A stretch of DNA of 56,823 nt, counting the filler, from Sphacelaria rigidula (lineage: Eukaryota): the NCBI GenBank assembly GCA_964200075.2. It is 6 parts of 6 records of this genome, joined end to end, with 100 filler letters (N's around TTAATTAATTAA, not from the genome) between each part and the next. Parts side by side here need not be neighbours in the genome. Positions count along the whole stretch, not along the records: positions 9,490 to 18,877 come from CAXNAA020008610.1; positions 18,978 to 28,364 come from CAXNAA020008611.1; 4 more parts are not named here. One strand, written 5' to 3'. The notes beneath the pieces were generated by a model. It was not told the origin of the DNA, searched no databases, and saw only the letters and a list, made by a program, of their open reading frames with translations. Positions 11,352-24,985 of the stretch are shown here, one piece after another; position 1 is the stretch's first letter, and every line of letters starts with the position of its first letter. The position numbers and the translations under genes were made by a program.

Positions 11352-14300
11352 GTCATCCACCTCGTTTTTCCACAACACAGTCTGACAGCTCGACAAGACA
11401 CGTCCAATTCCTTCCCAGGAGGTGCGCCCCATCAAGTAAGGAGCTACACCCACTGCACCTCATGACGTGGTTTAACGGTGACACGTTTCATCAAGTTACC
11501 GAGGCTACCGGCAGCACGGGCCCGCTGATGAGAAACTCTTATTCCAGCTAAGGCTCATAACCTTAAGGAGGCCGTCATCAGCATAATTTATTACACGGCA
11601 TATCTCCACACTTGAGAAAATTTAAGGCCCAAATTCCTCGTTGCTGATTTGATTGGCAGTGGACCCGTGTTGTATCGCTACCCTGCTGGAAACTGCGCGG
11701 TGTCTCCTAGTAATGATATCGCTGTTTGTCCTTGATAAAAATACAAGACATTTTGCCCACGTCTAGGGGAATTGGTTAATGGGGGGCTAGTTAATTTGAC
11801 GGATTTGCCACGGGCGTCAGGGTTATTTTGTCATCGGCGGATTAACCCGATAAAACCGCTGTAGCTGGGAAGGGACTGTGTTCACCACATCTCTATATCC
11901 GATACACCTACGTACAATCCCAGACTGTCCATCTTGATTATCATAATCGTCCATCCCTGTCCGAGTGGTGGCCATGGTCCTTTTGGGTGAAGAGAAAACC
12001 CTCCGCTCCCCCGTTCGTCAGCCCTTATCACAACCCAGTCCGACAGTCCCGGAAGACTCGTCTGGTCCCTCACCAAGGGATGTACCACATGTCCCTTAGC
12101 ACCCTACCGAGTACGAGGCCTGTGACCGTAACCCCACCGTTCTAGGTAGAGTGGAACGTACCCGCTGTCCTCCGATCCCTTTCACGTACAGTAGTTTACA
12201 GCTAAAGTAAGGGATTTTTGTATTTCTACTGTAGTTGGCGATTTTCGGTAGTGTTTTCGTGTGCCACTACTTATGGCAGTGAACGTTTGATCACGAAGTT
12301 TGGGGATCGGGAGATTCTAGGCACCCGTTCCGCATTCCGAACTAATACCCTACCTGTACTAAGTAGTGAACAACTTACGGGCTGACCGGTTTTCGGGGAT
12401 CCTGCGACTACCCAGCCCCAGGTTCTGACCTTGGGGTGTTTCTGCTCCATTGAAGCGATCCCGATCGTTCTCGCGAACAAGTGTGACGGAATGTTGTTCA
12501 TTTCTACCTATTGTTTGTGCTGCAGTCCAAAAACTATGTTTTTTGGATCGGTGGCGGTTGATTACACCGAGGAACTTACTCCGTATCACCCCGACGACAC
12601 CAACTCGAGGATTGTGTCCCGAGCACAACCTGCTTCTTTTCCCAAGACAATAGCCGCAATAGGCCTATGCTTAACCCAATATATATATTGTCTATTGAAT
12701 CTATTGGCCATATATTGTCCAGGGTGTAAAAATATCTGATTTCCGTCGTTGAAAGCTTGAGGAGGTGAGTAGCAAAAAATGTGTCGTTCGACTGACTTTG
12801 TTTGATCAGACCCGACGCGGTGCGGGTGTGCTGATTCGTGAGTCAATCCGCGATAGTGCACCAAAACATAGGGCGTGCCCCCGGGTAAAGACGGAATCAA
12901 TACCTTGAGAACATGGGCTTGTCCCGTGTGGCGAAACAAATATGTAAATGTATCATTTCAAATTTTCCGCCATTTTTGCCGAGTATCCTCTGGCGGCAAG
13001 GCATTTTTCCCGCACTTTCTTTTGCAGCGCACTGAGAAGGCTCAGCGGTACATTACCGTTCAGATTTGTGTGTCATCTGATCAATGTGGCGCGTGTTCTG
13101 GCCACCGAAAGTCACTCGAACTGGCCCTTTTTCGCGAAGTGTCGTTCCCGAACCACAACAACCTTTTGAAGATCATGGAAAACGTGAACAAGAACTCGAA
13201 CCACAAAATGAGCCTGTTGAAGATCATGGAAATCTTCAAACAGGATTACTTTCGGCGGGATATTGTTTCCCCGTGTTTCTCTTTGTCGCGTCCTCGTTCA
13301 TTTGGGAGCACGAACACACCGGTTATGCCGCCGATGTCACGAGAGCATGAGAGCAAAGCAGTTGAAAACAATTGGACATTGCCTTGGTCTTAGTCAGCAG
13401 CAAACACAAGACCGTGCGATAGGCCGTTGGCGAGTTGAACAAGGCACAGCAGCACGGCAGCACGGCAGCGCAGGAATGTTTTGCCGCGAAAACAATCACC
13501 CTGTTTAAAAATAAAAGCCCAGTGATAAGGAAGCCACAGTGATGCACAAAGAACATGCCAAGAATGGCCCACGCATGCCGATTTTTCGGGAGTGCCTCCC
13601 GTTGTCATGTCTTTTTGTGGCGCGAGAGCTACTTCACACTCTGGCACCTCGGAAATACCACACATGTCCTACTCCGGTTGTTCCGCCGTCGGCCTCCGTC
13701 CGAATTCCCATGTTTCCGAACGACGTCTGATAACACATGCGATGTTTTGTACAGCCACGATCACTACTGTACATCGAGATACAACAGCCTCTCTTAACCA
13801 TATATTTTTGACTTGCGTCACCCACGGGAGGCCCGTACGAACCTCCCGAAAGGGAACCTTGTGCATCAATATGACTTTTCATTCCTGGCTATTCCTGATA
13901 CCTCCTTGGACGCCCTTCGTCGTTTCTTAGACATCCAGATATTTCGTAGATGTTCTTCGGACCTTTGTCAGACGTCGTCAGACGCTTCTCACATGCCCTC
14001 GGATGTGAAACACTCGCATCTAGACGTCCGAAATCTGAACGCCTGAATTTGTTCCGTGGAGAAAGACCTGCAGATGAAGATTCTGCAGCCAAATGGTTGA
14101 GGGGCTCCAATACCGCGTCTGTCTGAAAAATTATATGCCCAGTGCAATGCAACGAAACGCATGCCGACCAGCAGTAGCTCTCGGTCAACTGGATACGGCG
14201 TGCTTTGCTGGGGGGTGAAAATCCATCCAAAGGTTGAATGAAGACCGATGTTTTCATAAGTCGTGGCCCAACCCAAACTATGCAAACGGCACTCGAAAAT

Positions 14301-14462
14301 ACGCCTGTTCATTTTCATTTTATTTGGCGCGCATTGCCGTTGGTTGTCCGCTGCCGAGCCGATTTTCGTGAACCAGAGCCCCTTTGGTGCAGCTGAGAAA
14401 AATCTGGTAATCGTCATCTAGTGTGCCCGCGTGGTCGCGCCACAGGTGCTGGTAAGCGCGTG

Positions 14463-14527
14463 CTCATTTGTTGCTTGCCTTAGTCGTGTGACCATTGACC
14501 ACGCATCCCTTTCGCGACGGAGCACCG
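14463..14527 (-). mobile_element. Short 3'-terminal LINE fragment
   Basis: Matches 23664-23730 and the reverse complement of 48140-48203 (tgaccattgaccacgcatcc core). Confidence 0.7.
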
Positions 14528-15014
14528 ATGCTGGGGGGGGCATCCCTACATTTTCGCGGGCCTCAGGAACGTGGCATGTTTCTACTCGTGTGTAACGTGG
14601 ATCCCTTGCCCAGAGTAGGCGCGCCTGAGCTCCTTTAGGGGGTTCACGCTTTGACACGAGAGTCCCTCGAAGTACGTCACGTTGTCCAATCGAACAATGA
14701 AGGCGAAATATCTGGGATGTAGCATGTCTATTTACACTGAACATACATATTCTTGAGCGTGTGCGTGTACGTTTGTGCACGGAGAGCGCCTGTCGATTTG
14801 TGACTGTTTTTGGGACCGAGTGAGTACATAGCCCATCAAATTGATAAACCATGCGCGGTTGGTGTATGCTCGCTCTCGTACTGCAGCAATATCACCCAAG
14901 CAGCATACTCTCTAGCTTGGAGGAACCCTGGTTGTTCCGTGGTGGGGAAGGCACACACCTCGAGCATGTTTTAGTGTCGCGTCGAATTTTACGGTACTTC
15001 AATTGCTACTACAC

Positions 15015-15060
15015 CATACTACACTGCACTGCACTGCACTGCACTGCACTGCAATGCATT
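15015..15060. repeat. (ACTGC)n microsatellite
   Basis: actgcactgcactgc run. Related degenerate pentamer tracts occur at ~33300-33370 and ~51300-51540. Confidence 0.85.
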
Positions 15061-15686
15061 ACATGATGATCTGTTACGCTGTACATGGCGAGAGTTACTT
15101 CTCCCTCGCATCAGCAACCGCACGGAGGTATAGTCAACGTGCTGTTGCTCTCTCCTGCACACAGGCTAAGCTGCTGCCGGTTGACTGCAATCAGGGCAGG
15201 CACTACGTGTAGTTTCTTGGAACGTTGAGAACTGTAGGTGACAACGACCGCGCACCAGCAACTTATCTACGCTGTGCTTAAATATCGTACCGGTTGTTTT
15301 GAAAGTGGTGAGATGCAGCCCTGCTGCGAGACAATCAATTTTGATTGATTTGTTCGTCAATTTGACCCTCGCGTTGACTGTTTTTTGTCCTTGAATTAGA
15401 CCCTAGTCATGATTGCTTATGGGATTTTAACGCTTGTTTCCTGGGTCGTTTCATGGGCTGTCCAAGAGACCCCGCCTGTCGGAACAAAATATCCAGAGCA
15501 CAGCCGAACATACATACACATGCAGATGGCGAGGCACACCATTTTTTTTGTTTGCGTTGCCAGACCGGATACATGGACAGGAGACAACGAAGCTGAACAT
15601 GTTTTATTCTTTCGCAATACCCAGAACACAGACCGGATATAACACAGACCGGATATAGATATGAAATAAAGAAGCAAGGCGAACAC

Positions 15687-18600
15687 GTGAGTGGGCGCGA
15701 CCTAGATATGGTGGGAATCCAAGAGTCACGGGAGAAAGAGGGGGCAGGAAGCAGGATGCCAAGTTGGAAAGCGCGCATGGATGGGGAAAGAGAGGAAGAG
15801 ACAGACGCGCAAGAATTAGGGAGTCGGGGGAGCAGGACTCCTGGTGAAGAAATATCTGTGTATTATGATAGAAGTGATCAAATACACATAATTCGACGAG
15901 ATCATATGGATAAGGGTACCAGGAGGGCGGGGAACGAAGAACTTCTTTGTAGGAAACATATATTTGCCTACAATATGTACAGATGAATTCGGACAGCTAG
16001 CAGCAGATGCACAGAAGTATGAGGGGTAATGAAACATATTGGTGGGAGACTTGAATGCCAGGGTTGGGGAAGCAAGCCAGCCGGATGACAACATGGGGAA
16101 ATACGGGGAAACCAAGGATGCGAATGGGTAGATATGTTGATGTTATTTCAGAATACGGAGATGAAGATGATGGATAATAGAGTAAGAAAGCCAGACCCGT
16201 TTAAATAGAGCAATTCATACAAAATAGAGACAAATTTTTCGTCGACTATTCAGTGGTAAAATATGGAAATAATAGGAAGACGGAAGTACATGTATGAGCA
16301 GCGGACGTAGGAACTACGGTTTATTTACTAGCATGGACGGACAGCCGACAGACGAGAGTTATGAAAAAATAAGCAGGGGAGGAATATGTACAAATGGAGA
16401 ATATATTAACTCGGAATAAAGAAAAGCAAGAGTTCCAAGAAGAAATTACCGACAATGCAGTGAAATGTTTCGAGCTGTTGAGAAGGGTAGGTACAGCTAA
16501 TACCGAAATAGTAGGGGATCGGGCAGGAGCGAACATTATAGAGGGATGGGAGCAAAAGGTCAAGACCATAATATTTCAAGTCACAAGGAAGGGGTGATCA
16601 TATTCAACAGAGCAGTGAAATGGTCGAATGAAGAAGTAAAGGAGGTTGTAAGAGTAGGGAGGAAGGCTCACGCAGGATATCCATCGAGTAAAACTGCGGT
16701 AGGGTCGGAGGAGTATGCTAACGCTAGAAAAGAGGTGTAAACGATGGTAGAGAAGAAAAAGAAGTGAACATGAAAAGGTATAGTTATTAAAATGAACTAA
16801 GATTTTGATGGCGAGATGAAGCAAATGTGGGTAGGCATGAAGGGGATACTGAGCAAACAGGCAGGAGAGAGCAGACAAGAGAAAAGCCACACCAAGAGCA
16901 CAGCACGGAAATATGGTTGGTATTTCGAACGGGAAGAGAGAAACGCTCGTAGAACACCACCAAACACTTGAGACGCAAGCAAGTAACAAGAGGTTTGATG
17001 CAGAATTCGAGAAGTAACCAACGCGTGGGCGGAGGTAAATATGGAGACATCAAAATGGAAAGATAGTGATCCAAAGGAACTGCCGAGAGAGTTCACAAGA
17101 GAGAAAGTAACGGAGTGTGTAGCTGAGCTCAAGAGTGGGAGGGCAGCAGGGGCAGGCGAATAGTGAATTGAGTTCATGAAATACGGGGGAAAGGAAATGC
17201 TCATGATTAGTATGTTCATAATTGGATCTGGGGAATCGAGTACACACCCAAGAGGTGGAGAGAAGCGGTAGTAGTCAACGTTTTCAAGAAAGGAAACAAT
17301 GCTTACCCAGGCAATCATCGAGAGATGTTGCTACTGAGCACCGTAGGGAAAACATTATGTACGATTCTGAACGATAGAGTGGGAACGATGCTTGGGAAGG
17401 GGGAGAAATAAGCGAAAGGCAAGCAGGGTTGACCAATCAGTAGTTGCGTAGACCATGTGTGCACATTAGATTAGATTATTCAAGGTAGGAAAAACGCGGA
17501 GCTGAGGACGTATGTTTTCTAGACGTACAGGAAGCGCATGACAGTGCGGAGAAATGGGATGTGGGAGAAGGTGTGGGGAACTTGGATCAAAGGAAAGGAT
17601 GTGGAGAATGGTGAAAAAGATGATAGAATGTGCGAGAAGTGCGATGGTACTAGATGGAGAAGTATCGAAGTACGTTGATACAAGATATTTCACAAGGGTT
17701 TACATTATCACTCACTTTATGCGAGGTATCACCCACTTTATTCAAGATATTTTTATGGCATGATGGTAGCAGTAGAAGCAGCAAAGCAAGGAGTCAAGGT
17801 GGGGGAAGATACGGTGTCGAGATGAATGTTCGCGGATGATTTCGGGGGAATATTAGAAATACGAGGAGGATTGCAGGAACAAGTAGAGAAGGCGCGAGAG
17901 TACACCAGGAAATGAAGAGTGATAGCGAACGTAAGTGAATGCGCGGTAGTTGTATGTAATGGAGATGAGGAGAACCCGGTAGAGTTCAGATGGAAATGGG
18001 GAGAAGAAAAACTACCGATCGTAGACCAGTATACATACCTTAGCGTAGAGATCTCAAGACAGTGTTCTTGGGATGCCTACAACGAGAACGCAATAGGAAA
18101 GGGTAAGGCATAGATAGGCAAGATTGATGTGATCCTGAGAGTCTCTCACCTCCATACTAAGAGTAGTATGTATTCTGATGGGTGTGATTGAACCAAAGCT
18201 GGAATATGCAGAAGAAAAATGGGAGGGGAACGCGGAGTTGGTGAAGCAGCTGGAAACAGTACAGATGACAGCTGCTAGGAAAGTACTTGGATGCTCAAAA
18301 ACGACGAGCATTGGGAGCAGAATTGGAACTGTACCCTCTCAACGAAAAGAGACATGAGAGAATTGAAATTGCAATACAATCTAAGGAGCATGCTAAGTAA
18401 GATATTGTCAGCCATAGGTGATGGAGCTGTTTGTAAGAAAATGACGAAAGGGCAGGCAGGAATAAGGTAGGATAGCGTAGTCGAAAAAGTATGGAAAGAC
18501 GCAGTAAGAAACCAAGACAAAATAATAATCATAGGTGAATGCGGCGGGTACAAGACAAGATTGAGATACATGATAGAAATAGGGGGAAAACAAGCCCACA

Positions 18601-18765
18601 GACGGAAAGTGGGTGAAGAAAAGGACCTGAAGATATGCGGGGGGGTTGGCAGACGGGATAGAGATGAAAACGTATCTTCACGACCTGATGGACTACGTAA
18701 AAGACTTGGAAGTGCGATTCCGGGTGGGGAACCTGTACCTGCCAGGAAGAAGAAAGATATACAGG
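15687..18765 (+). mobile_element. Highly decayed LINE ORF2 (APE endonuclease plus RT) pseudogene
   Basis: Fragments across frames: DMVGIQES and ILVGDLNARVG (endonuclease); LKSGRAAG, FKKG..PGNHR..LLLSTVGK, SPTLFKIF and MFADDF (~17826) (RT); YTYLSVEI. Purine-rich, with many stops and frameshifts. Confidence 0.9.
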
Positions 18766-18877
18766 CTGGGCCAGCAAAGAGTGCTGCATTTGCATCTCCA
18801 ACCATAACTCGTCAAGTTTACCAAATCAGCTCGACTTGAGCATATCGCTGTGAACTGCAGCTCGACCTGGTAATGGA

Positions 18878-18977
18878 NNNNNNNNNNNNNNNNNNNNNNN
18901 NNNNNNNNNNNNNNNNNNNNNTTAATTAATTAANNNNNNNNNNNNNNNNNNNNNNNNNNNNNNNNNNNNNNNNNNNN
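18878..18977. other. Artificial contig linker
   Basis: Same 100-bp N44-TTAATTAATTAA-N44 structure. Confidence 0.98.
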
Positions 18978-19535
18978 CCGTTTTCGATTAGAAAAAGAAC
19001 GAACTCGTCGCGCAAATTTGTTTTTCTTTTCAAAGAACAGAAAGTTGGTCCCCCCCCCCCCCCCCCCCCGCCTTCCCCGAACATGCCTCGGACCTTGAAA
19101 GAAGCAAAAAAAAGTCGCTGGAGTATGTGGTAATTTTTTTCATTAGACGAGATGAAGCCAAATATCAAGTATGGCCTGAAGAAAAAGACAAAAAAAAAGG
19201 TGACGATGTTTGTAACTCTGCTATATAGCTGATAGTGAGCGACCTCATTGCCACGGCCCCCAACGTGAACCGATGCCAACTGACTGTGACAGAGTCAAAC
19301 TTCGATTCGTGAGTATTGGAACGTCAATAGGCCGGGATTGAGGACATTTATTCACCTCTCCCTGAAGCTGTTTGTGTACGAGATCTAGAGAATTTGACGA
19401 AAACAAAAACTCGGCTATTTTGCGGAAACACTCCTCTGTCCTTCCTCCCCCTCTCCAACCCATTTTTCTCCGTCAGTCCTCCAAATTTCATGCAGTTTCC
19501 TCTCCTTTGCTTTTTTCTCCCTTCCTTTTGAATAT

Positions 19536-19749
19536 TCACTCATCATACAGCGCAATGCCTTCGCTGAGCAACTCCTCCACCAGAGGGGATCTCGAGGTTT
19601 TGAAGAATTCCTTCAAACGCCGCTGTTTGAGCGGGTCCCTGAGCAGCTGCATGGCCTTGCTTTCGATCTTGCGGACCTCCTTGCGGCTGGTCTGCGCCAC
19701 GTGTGCAACCTGCGCTACCGTTTTGAACTCCCCGTCAATAAGACCAAAC
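19536..19749 (-). CDS. Sigma factor last exon (region 4.2)
   Basis: The phase-2 acceptor completes R-FGLIDG...; stop TGA at 19538-19536. Confidence 0.9.
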
Positions 19750-20644
19750 CTGCGGTTCGTTGGGTAAAAAAGGCAAAGAAAAAGAGAGGGGGACGGGACG
19801 GGGAAAGGAAATGAGTAAGATATACGCACGTGAACGAAGAAAAAACAAAAGGATGCGCTACCGTTTTCAACTGCCCGTCAACAAGACTAAACCTGCGGTT
19901 CCACGGTTCAAGGGCAATGGAGAAGAGGGAAATATATATATATACGGGAAAAGAAAGGAGTACGAAACACGTACGTGAAAAAAAAAACTGTGGCTTGTTT
20001 CAACCAGAATAATTAGTGGTGACACCATCCATACACGCTATCTTGTTGGTGATGGCAGTTGATATCGGGAGATATCCACCGCCAAAGAACTCAGGGATTG
20101 CCCAGAGTTGACAAAAAAGGATCGAGGCATATCGTGGGGCATGTGGGCCGCGGGCCGGCATTATAATTAACTTGCGCTCCCATCAACAAACAGTAAAACA
20201 CACCGTAATCCTCGAGTTGTGAAAGTAAGATGTATTTTAGGTGTCTAGCGATACCACCCACCTCCCCCTCCGCATCGCACCTGACGCCGGTTAATCTCTC
20301 TGCTACTGCAAGGAATGCCACCAGACAAGAACTTACCGTTGCTGCTGCTGCTGCTGCTTCACACTCGCCATCGCACTTCGGTCTCTATTCTGCATTTTTC
20401 TATCATGTATTTCACGAATCTTAATAACCGTGGAGTCATTTACTGATTTCAAAATAATAGGCGCATATTTGTCCAGGATGGCAGGGTAGTCACAATTTTG
20501 TCCACCAGAAGTTAGCACCAGGCGAACCGGTCGGTTTGAGGATGGATGCATACGGAGCAAAGATCTCACACTGCACTGTAGCAGCACCTCCGTTAACTAC
20601 ATTCGTTCTCCTACAGTCCGCCCTCCGCAGCCCCTCATCTCGTG

Positions 20645-20678
<34 letters not shown>

Positions 20679-23600
20679 ACGCGAGACGAAGCAAACACTA
20701 GGTACAGACGAGGGGGTAGTCCGAGCCGTGAAACTTTGAACCGCTTCCGTTCGACGTCAACGATTGCGACCGATAAAATCACGAGCACGGGGTCAAACGA
20801 TTCTCCACTATCAGAGACCGAACTGGCTGGCTGACCGGCTAACTTGACCGACATCCCACAATCTACATACCTCAGGGCCACAAGTTCTCGCTCGTCCTCA
20901 GGGAGCTCCCAAACCAACTCCCGGAGCTTGGCCTTCAGCAGAACCATCTCCGTCTCCGTCTCGGGTAACTGGGTCTCGGGGTCCTCCACCGTATCGCCAA
21001 TGACACCCGGATCGCTTCCAGGAATCTTACCCCCCATGGGGACCTGGGACATACACCACGCACACATGCACATGGACGGAGTAGAACGAGCGGGTGGGTA
21101 AGTGTTCGAGGCGTTCGAGAGGGGGAGGGGGGGGGGTATGCTGGAGCTAGAGTGTCGAGACACTTTTTCTTTTCTAACGCGCTCCCTTCTTCAAAGAGAC
21201 TCCACAGTTTCATGGGACATCAATCGGCCCATCTCGTCCTCCGTGCCCAGCTACCGGACGCTTTTATCGGGGAGAACTGGATCAGTGCTTGGGCACCGCG
21301 TAGATTGTCGTCCGATTTTTCACAAGTTACGTTCTGAAAAGTACGTTTTGGGGGGGTACAAGGGGCAAAACCCGGGTATTACCCGTTCCCGACAAATGTG
21401 TGAGTTCTGCAAGCCTCCCATACCGGCACCCGGCCTGTCCTGTGAGTTCTGTACGCCTCCGATACCGGTACCCGATCGTTGTGTGAGATCTGGAAGGAAC
21501 GTTTACCCTTACCCGGGGCACGGGTATATCGTCGTGGAATACCCGGTTGAGGGTGAGGGCTTCTGTACGATCTCAACATCGGTACCCCACAGGTGATGCT
21601 AGTTCTGGAAGACTTCCACACCGCTAGCTGGCAGCTGTGAGTTTTGTGAGACGAAACGGACAAAGCGGCATCTCACACTCGTCGAAAAAAAAATAATGCT
21701 GAAAAATAATACTGAAGAATATTAAAGAAAAAAAAAATCGAGGGAGAGTCAAAAGGTCATACCTCGAACGATACCATCTCCTTGGTGTTGCTGAGGTATT
21801 GTTTCAGTCGCCCTTCCGGCATCTCCAGCTGCTCCGCAATCTGCCCTCACACGATTGAAAATATTTCGTCATGATCCAATCCGGGCGGGAGGGGGGGGGG
21901 GGGCGAGGGGGGTGATCAGTTTCGAGAACTTTTGTACAAAAAATAATTCTTCTACAGAAATATGGAGGGAAAATTTCGTTATACTTTTTTTCACAAGATG
22001 CAACATACTTGTTCCTCAGACAAGCTCTTTACCATGATGTCATCAACCACCTCCCCGACGACACCATCACTTCAATCCTCGGTTTCTTTCACGCCTCTCC
22101 TGCCCACCATTTATCCTGTATGGGGGGGGGGGGGTTCAAGTTTATTGCGTACGGTATGCTCACGCGTCCGACCAAGTAGATGGGGAGAAGGATCCAACCC
22201 TTTAAACGCCAGGGTAGTGGGCCGTCATCGGTCGCGAGTCGGAACGGTAATATTCTTCACTCGAAGACTGACCAATATCTAGATGACCCCACCCAAGCGG
22301 TCAAATCATCAAACATCCTTGAACACGCCATCTTGACTCCCCACTTGGGGTCACACACCCCCATGTGAGACCCTTACATCGACCACCGGGAATATCTGGA
22401 AAAAGACTGCTCTGCTCAAACAACTTGACAAATTGTCACGGAGCGGGGGGGGGGGGTGTACCCATGATCTTGCATGCCGTGGTCACAAGACCACTGACCT
22501 CGCATCCCTTAAAAGCCGGGCGCCGGATCAGGCTCGTAGTCGCCAAGCGCTTTCGATGGTTGATATCAGATATTTCGAAGGAAAAACCCAACGCATCGTG
22601 ATTCGAACCATCGTTCTCTCCGCCCTAATAAAGACAGCCAGACCATTACACTACCAAGAAGCGGCGACAACTAAACGACGGCCGAGTCGCGCGCATGCGC
22701 GACGAAGGCCTCCTCGACGTCGACATGCGCGGAGATACCGTCAAGGGCGAAGAGGAAAGCATGTCAACCTGCAAAAACACCCACAACACCGTGTCACTGG
22801 GTACTGCTCCGCTTTCGGAATACAAAAGACTTGCCATCATGGACGCATATCGCCCAACCAACATGTTTCCGAGCGGTATCGGGTGTGGTCGTAGAAGAGG
22901 GGGCTCAACAGGGTAAATGGCAAGTTGGACCACCACGGACGCGGAAGCAACCAAGGCGCATCATGCAAACGAACATATTGCTGTGGGGCGATGTCGCAAC
23001 CCCCCCCCCCAGAGAAGAAAAAAATGGAGGAGGCAAATCCGCACGTACGAAATTGGCAAAAGCCGGCTCACATGCTTGACATCGTTTTCGACAATGTCGC
23101 CCATATGAGGAGCTTCATGCAGAGAGAGTGAGACCAGCTGACATAAGCTGTGTAACCATGTTCTTGGTTGACATTTTGGGGGCTGGTTTAGAGGGGGGGG
23201 AGGGGGGGGGGGGAATATCGGGGCATCACTCTGTTGACCACTAGATTCATGATTACAAATCAACGTTACTTCAACTTCCGTCATCATCTACGCTTATGCG
23301 AATTTTGTGTCTCTCTCACCTCCGCTCGCGACGGGCGGTCTTGCACGTCTCTGGCGAACTCTTTTTCCACCTTCCACACGCTCACCAGCAAGTTATGCAC
23401 GTGCATTGGCAGTCTGATCACACGACTTTGGTTTGCCAGACCCTGACAATCCGAAACGGCGCGAGATGGGGTAGGGGTGGGGGTATGGGGAGTGGGGGGC
23501 ATCCCAGTTATCATCATCATCTCTATTTTGCAAATCAAGGCGATTTTTCTCCAGTTTTGTTGGGTTAACAACAGAGAACCCTGTACATAAGATTCTAGAC

Positions 23601-24948
23601 ACCATAGCCTCAAAAGTTAAAGTTTGATGCTCTATTTGTTTTTTTTGGGGGGGGAGGGGCGTCCTCATTCGTTGCTCGCCCGAGTCGTTTGACCATTGAC
23701 CACGCATCCTCTTCGAGACGGAGCACCGCTCCTACTCCTGATCGCAACATTTCGGCGCTCATTCTGTTTCTTCCATACATGACACAATACCCTTCACAAA
23801 TCTTATCCCCGCCCTGTCTCGTCGTCTCTGGCCACCATCTATCTCCCAGTATAGCCATCGTTCTCTTCCTACTGTCTGAGCATCAAACGATTTCATGTTA
23901 TCTTCGTTCACGTCCCGCATTTTCCCCTCTAGTACGTCCCGTTCCTCCTTGTATCATTCACATTCTGCCACTATATGACTTCTGCTCTCTATTCCTTTGC
24001 CACAGGAGCAGTCCTCTCCATCTACTTCCTCCTCCACACGACGACTGGTATATATATTTCCATGCTTTTTTTTTTGAGGGGGGGGGAAGGGGGGGGAGTG
24101 GGTGGGTGGGGGCGGGGAATATCTAGCGAATGCCATGCTACTCTCAAGTGCAATTCAAACGACGAGACATTTTTCTTCACGAATATGTGGATATTGGGCA
24201 TGTAGATGCACTGGAAATAGTGCCGGAGTACTGATTTTGAGGCGCAAGTCAAGTGCATACAGAGTCAGCATGTATCTCTTTCCTGAGCAGGTGGCGCACG
24301 CTAGAAGTCGACATTACTGCGATATACACTGTGTGTGTCGGTAATAAATGCCGACAGGATCGCGATACAATGAAAAAAATAAACATCGGTGTCCGCTTCT
24401 TGAAGCGCCAGACGGAGGCGCACGCCCGATCGTACTCATATTATCGTCGATTAGATTGTGAAGCATGTATCGTGCATGTGCAACCGGTGAAGACAAACTG
24501 ACGATATTGGGGCTGACTACCGAAACATTATATCAGTAGAATCGGTAATGTCTGGATGAAGCACGTACTGTACTTGAAAACCGGTAACAGCAAACTGGCG
24601 ATATTAGGGCTGATTACCGAAACGATATATATATATATATATATATTTTTTTATAGTGTTGGTGCGACAACGAACACACGTAAGCACTCCACGTTACGGC
24701 ACACACCTTGAAGACAGCCTGCTGTATCCACCACGCCGAGTAAGTGCTCAGCTTGAACCCTCGCTCGGGGTCGAATTTCTCGACAGCTCTTATGAGCCCC
24801 ATCGACCCCTCCTGGATAAGATCGGTAAGGGGCACCCCGAAGTGCTGATAACGCTTGGCGATTGCGATTACCATCCTCAGATTGGACCGCACCATGGTGA
24901 CCTTGGCCTCTCGGCAAATGATCAATGCTTTCTGTTTGTTCGGAACGA

Positions 24949-24985
<37 letters not shown>

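Noticed and set aside
12265-12368. Miniature CACTA element (cactactta...taagtagtg)
   Set aside because: Only a 9-bp inverted match, with no matching 3-bp target duplication and no second copy in the window.
12875-14417. Overlapping 80-170-aa ORFs as a gene or transposase
   Set aside because: No recognisable motif or consistent frame.
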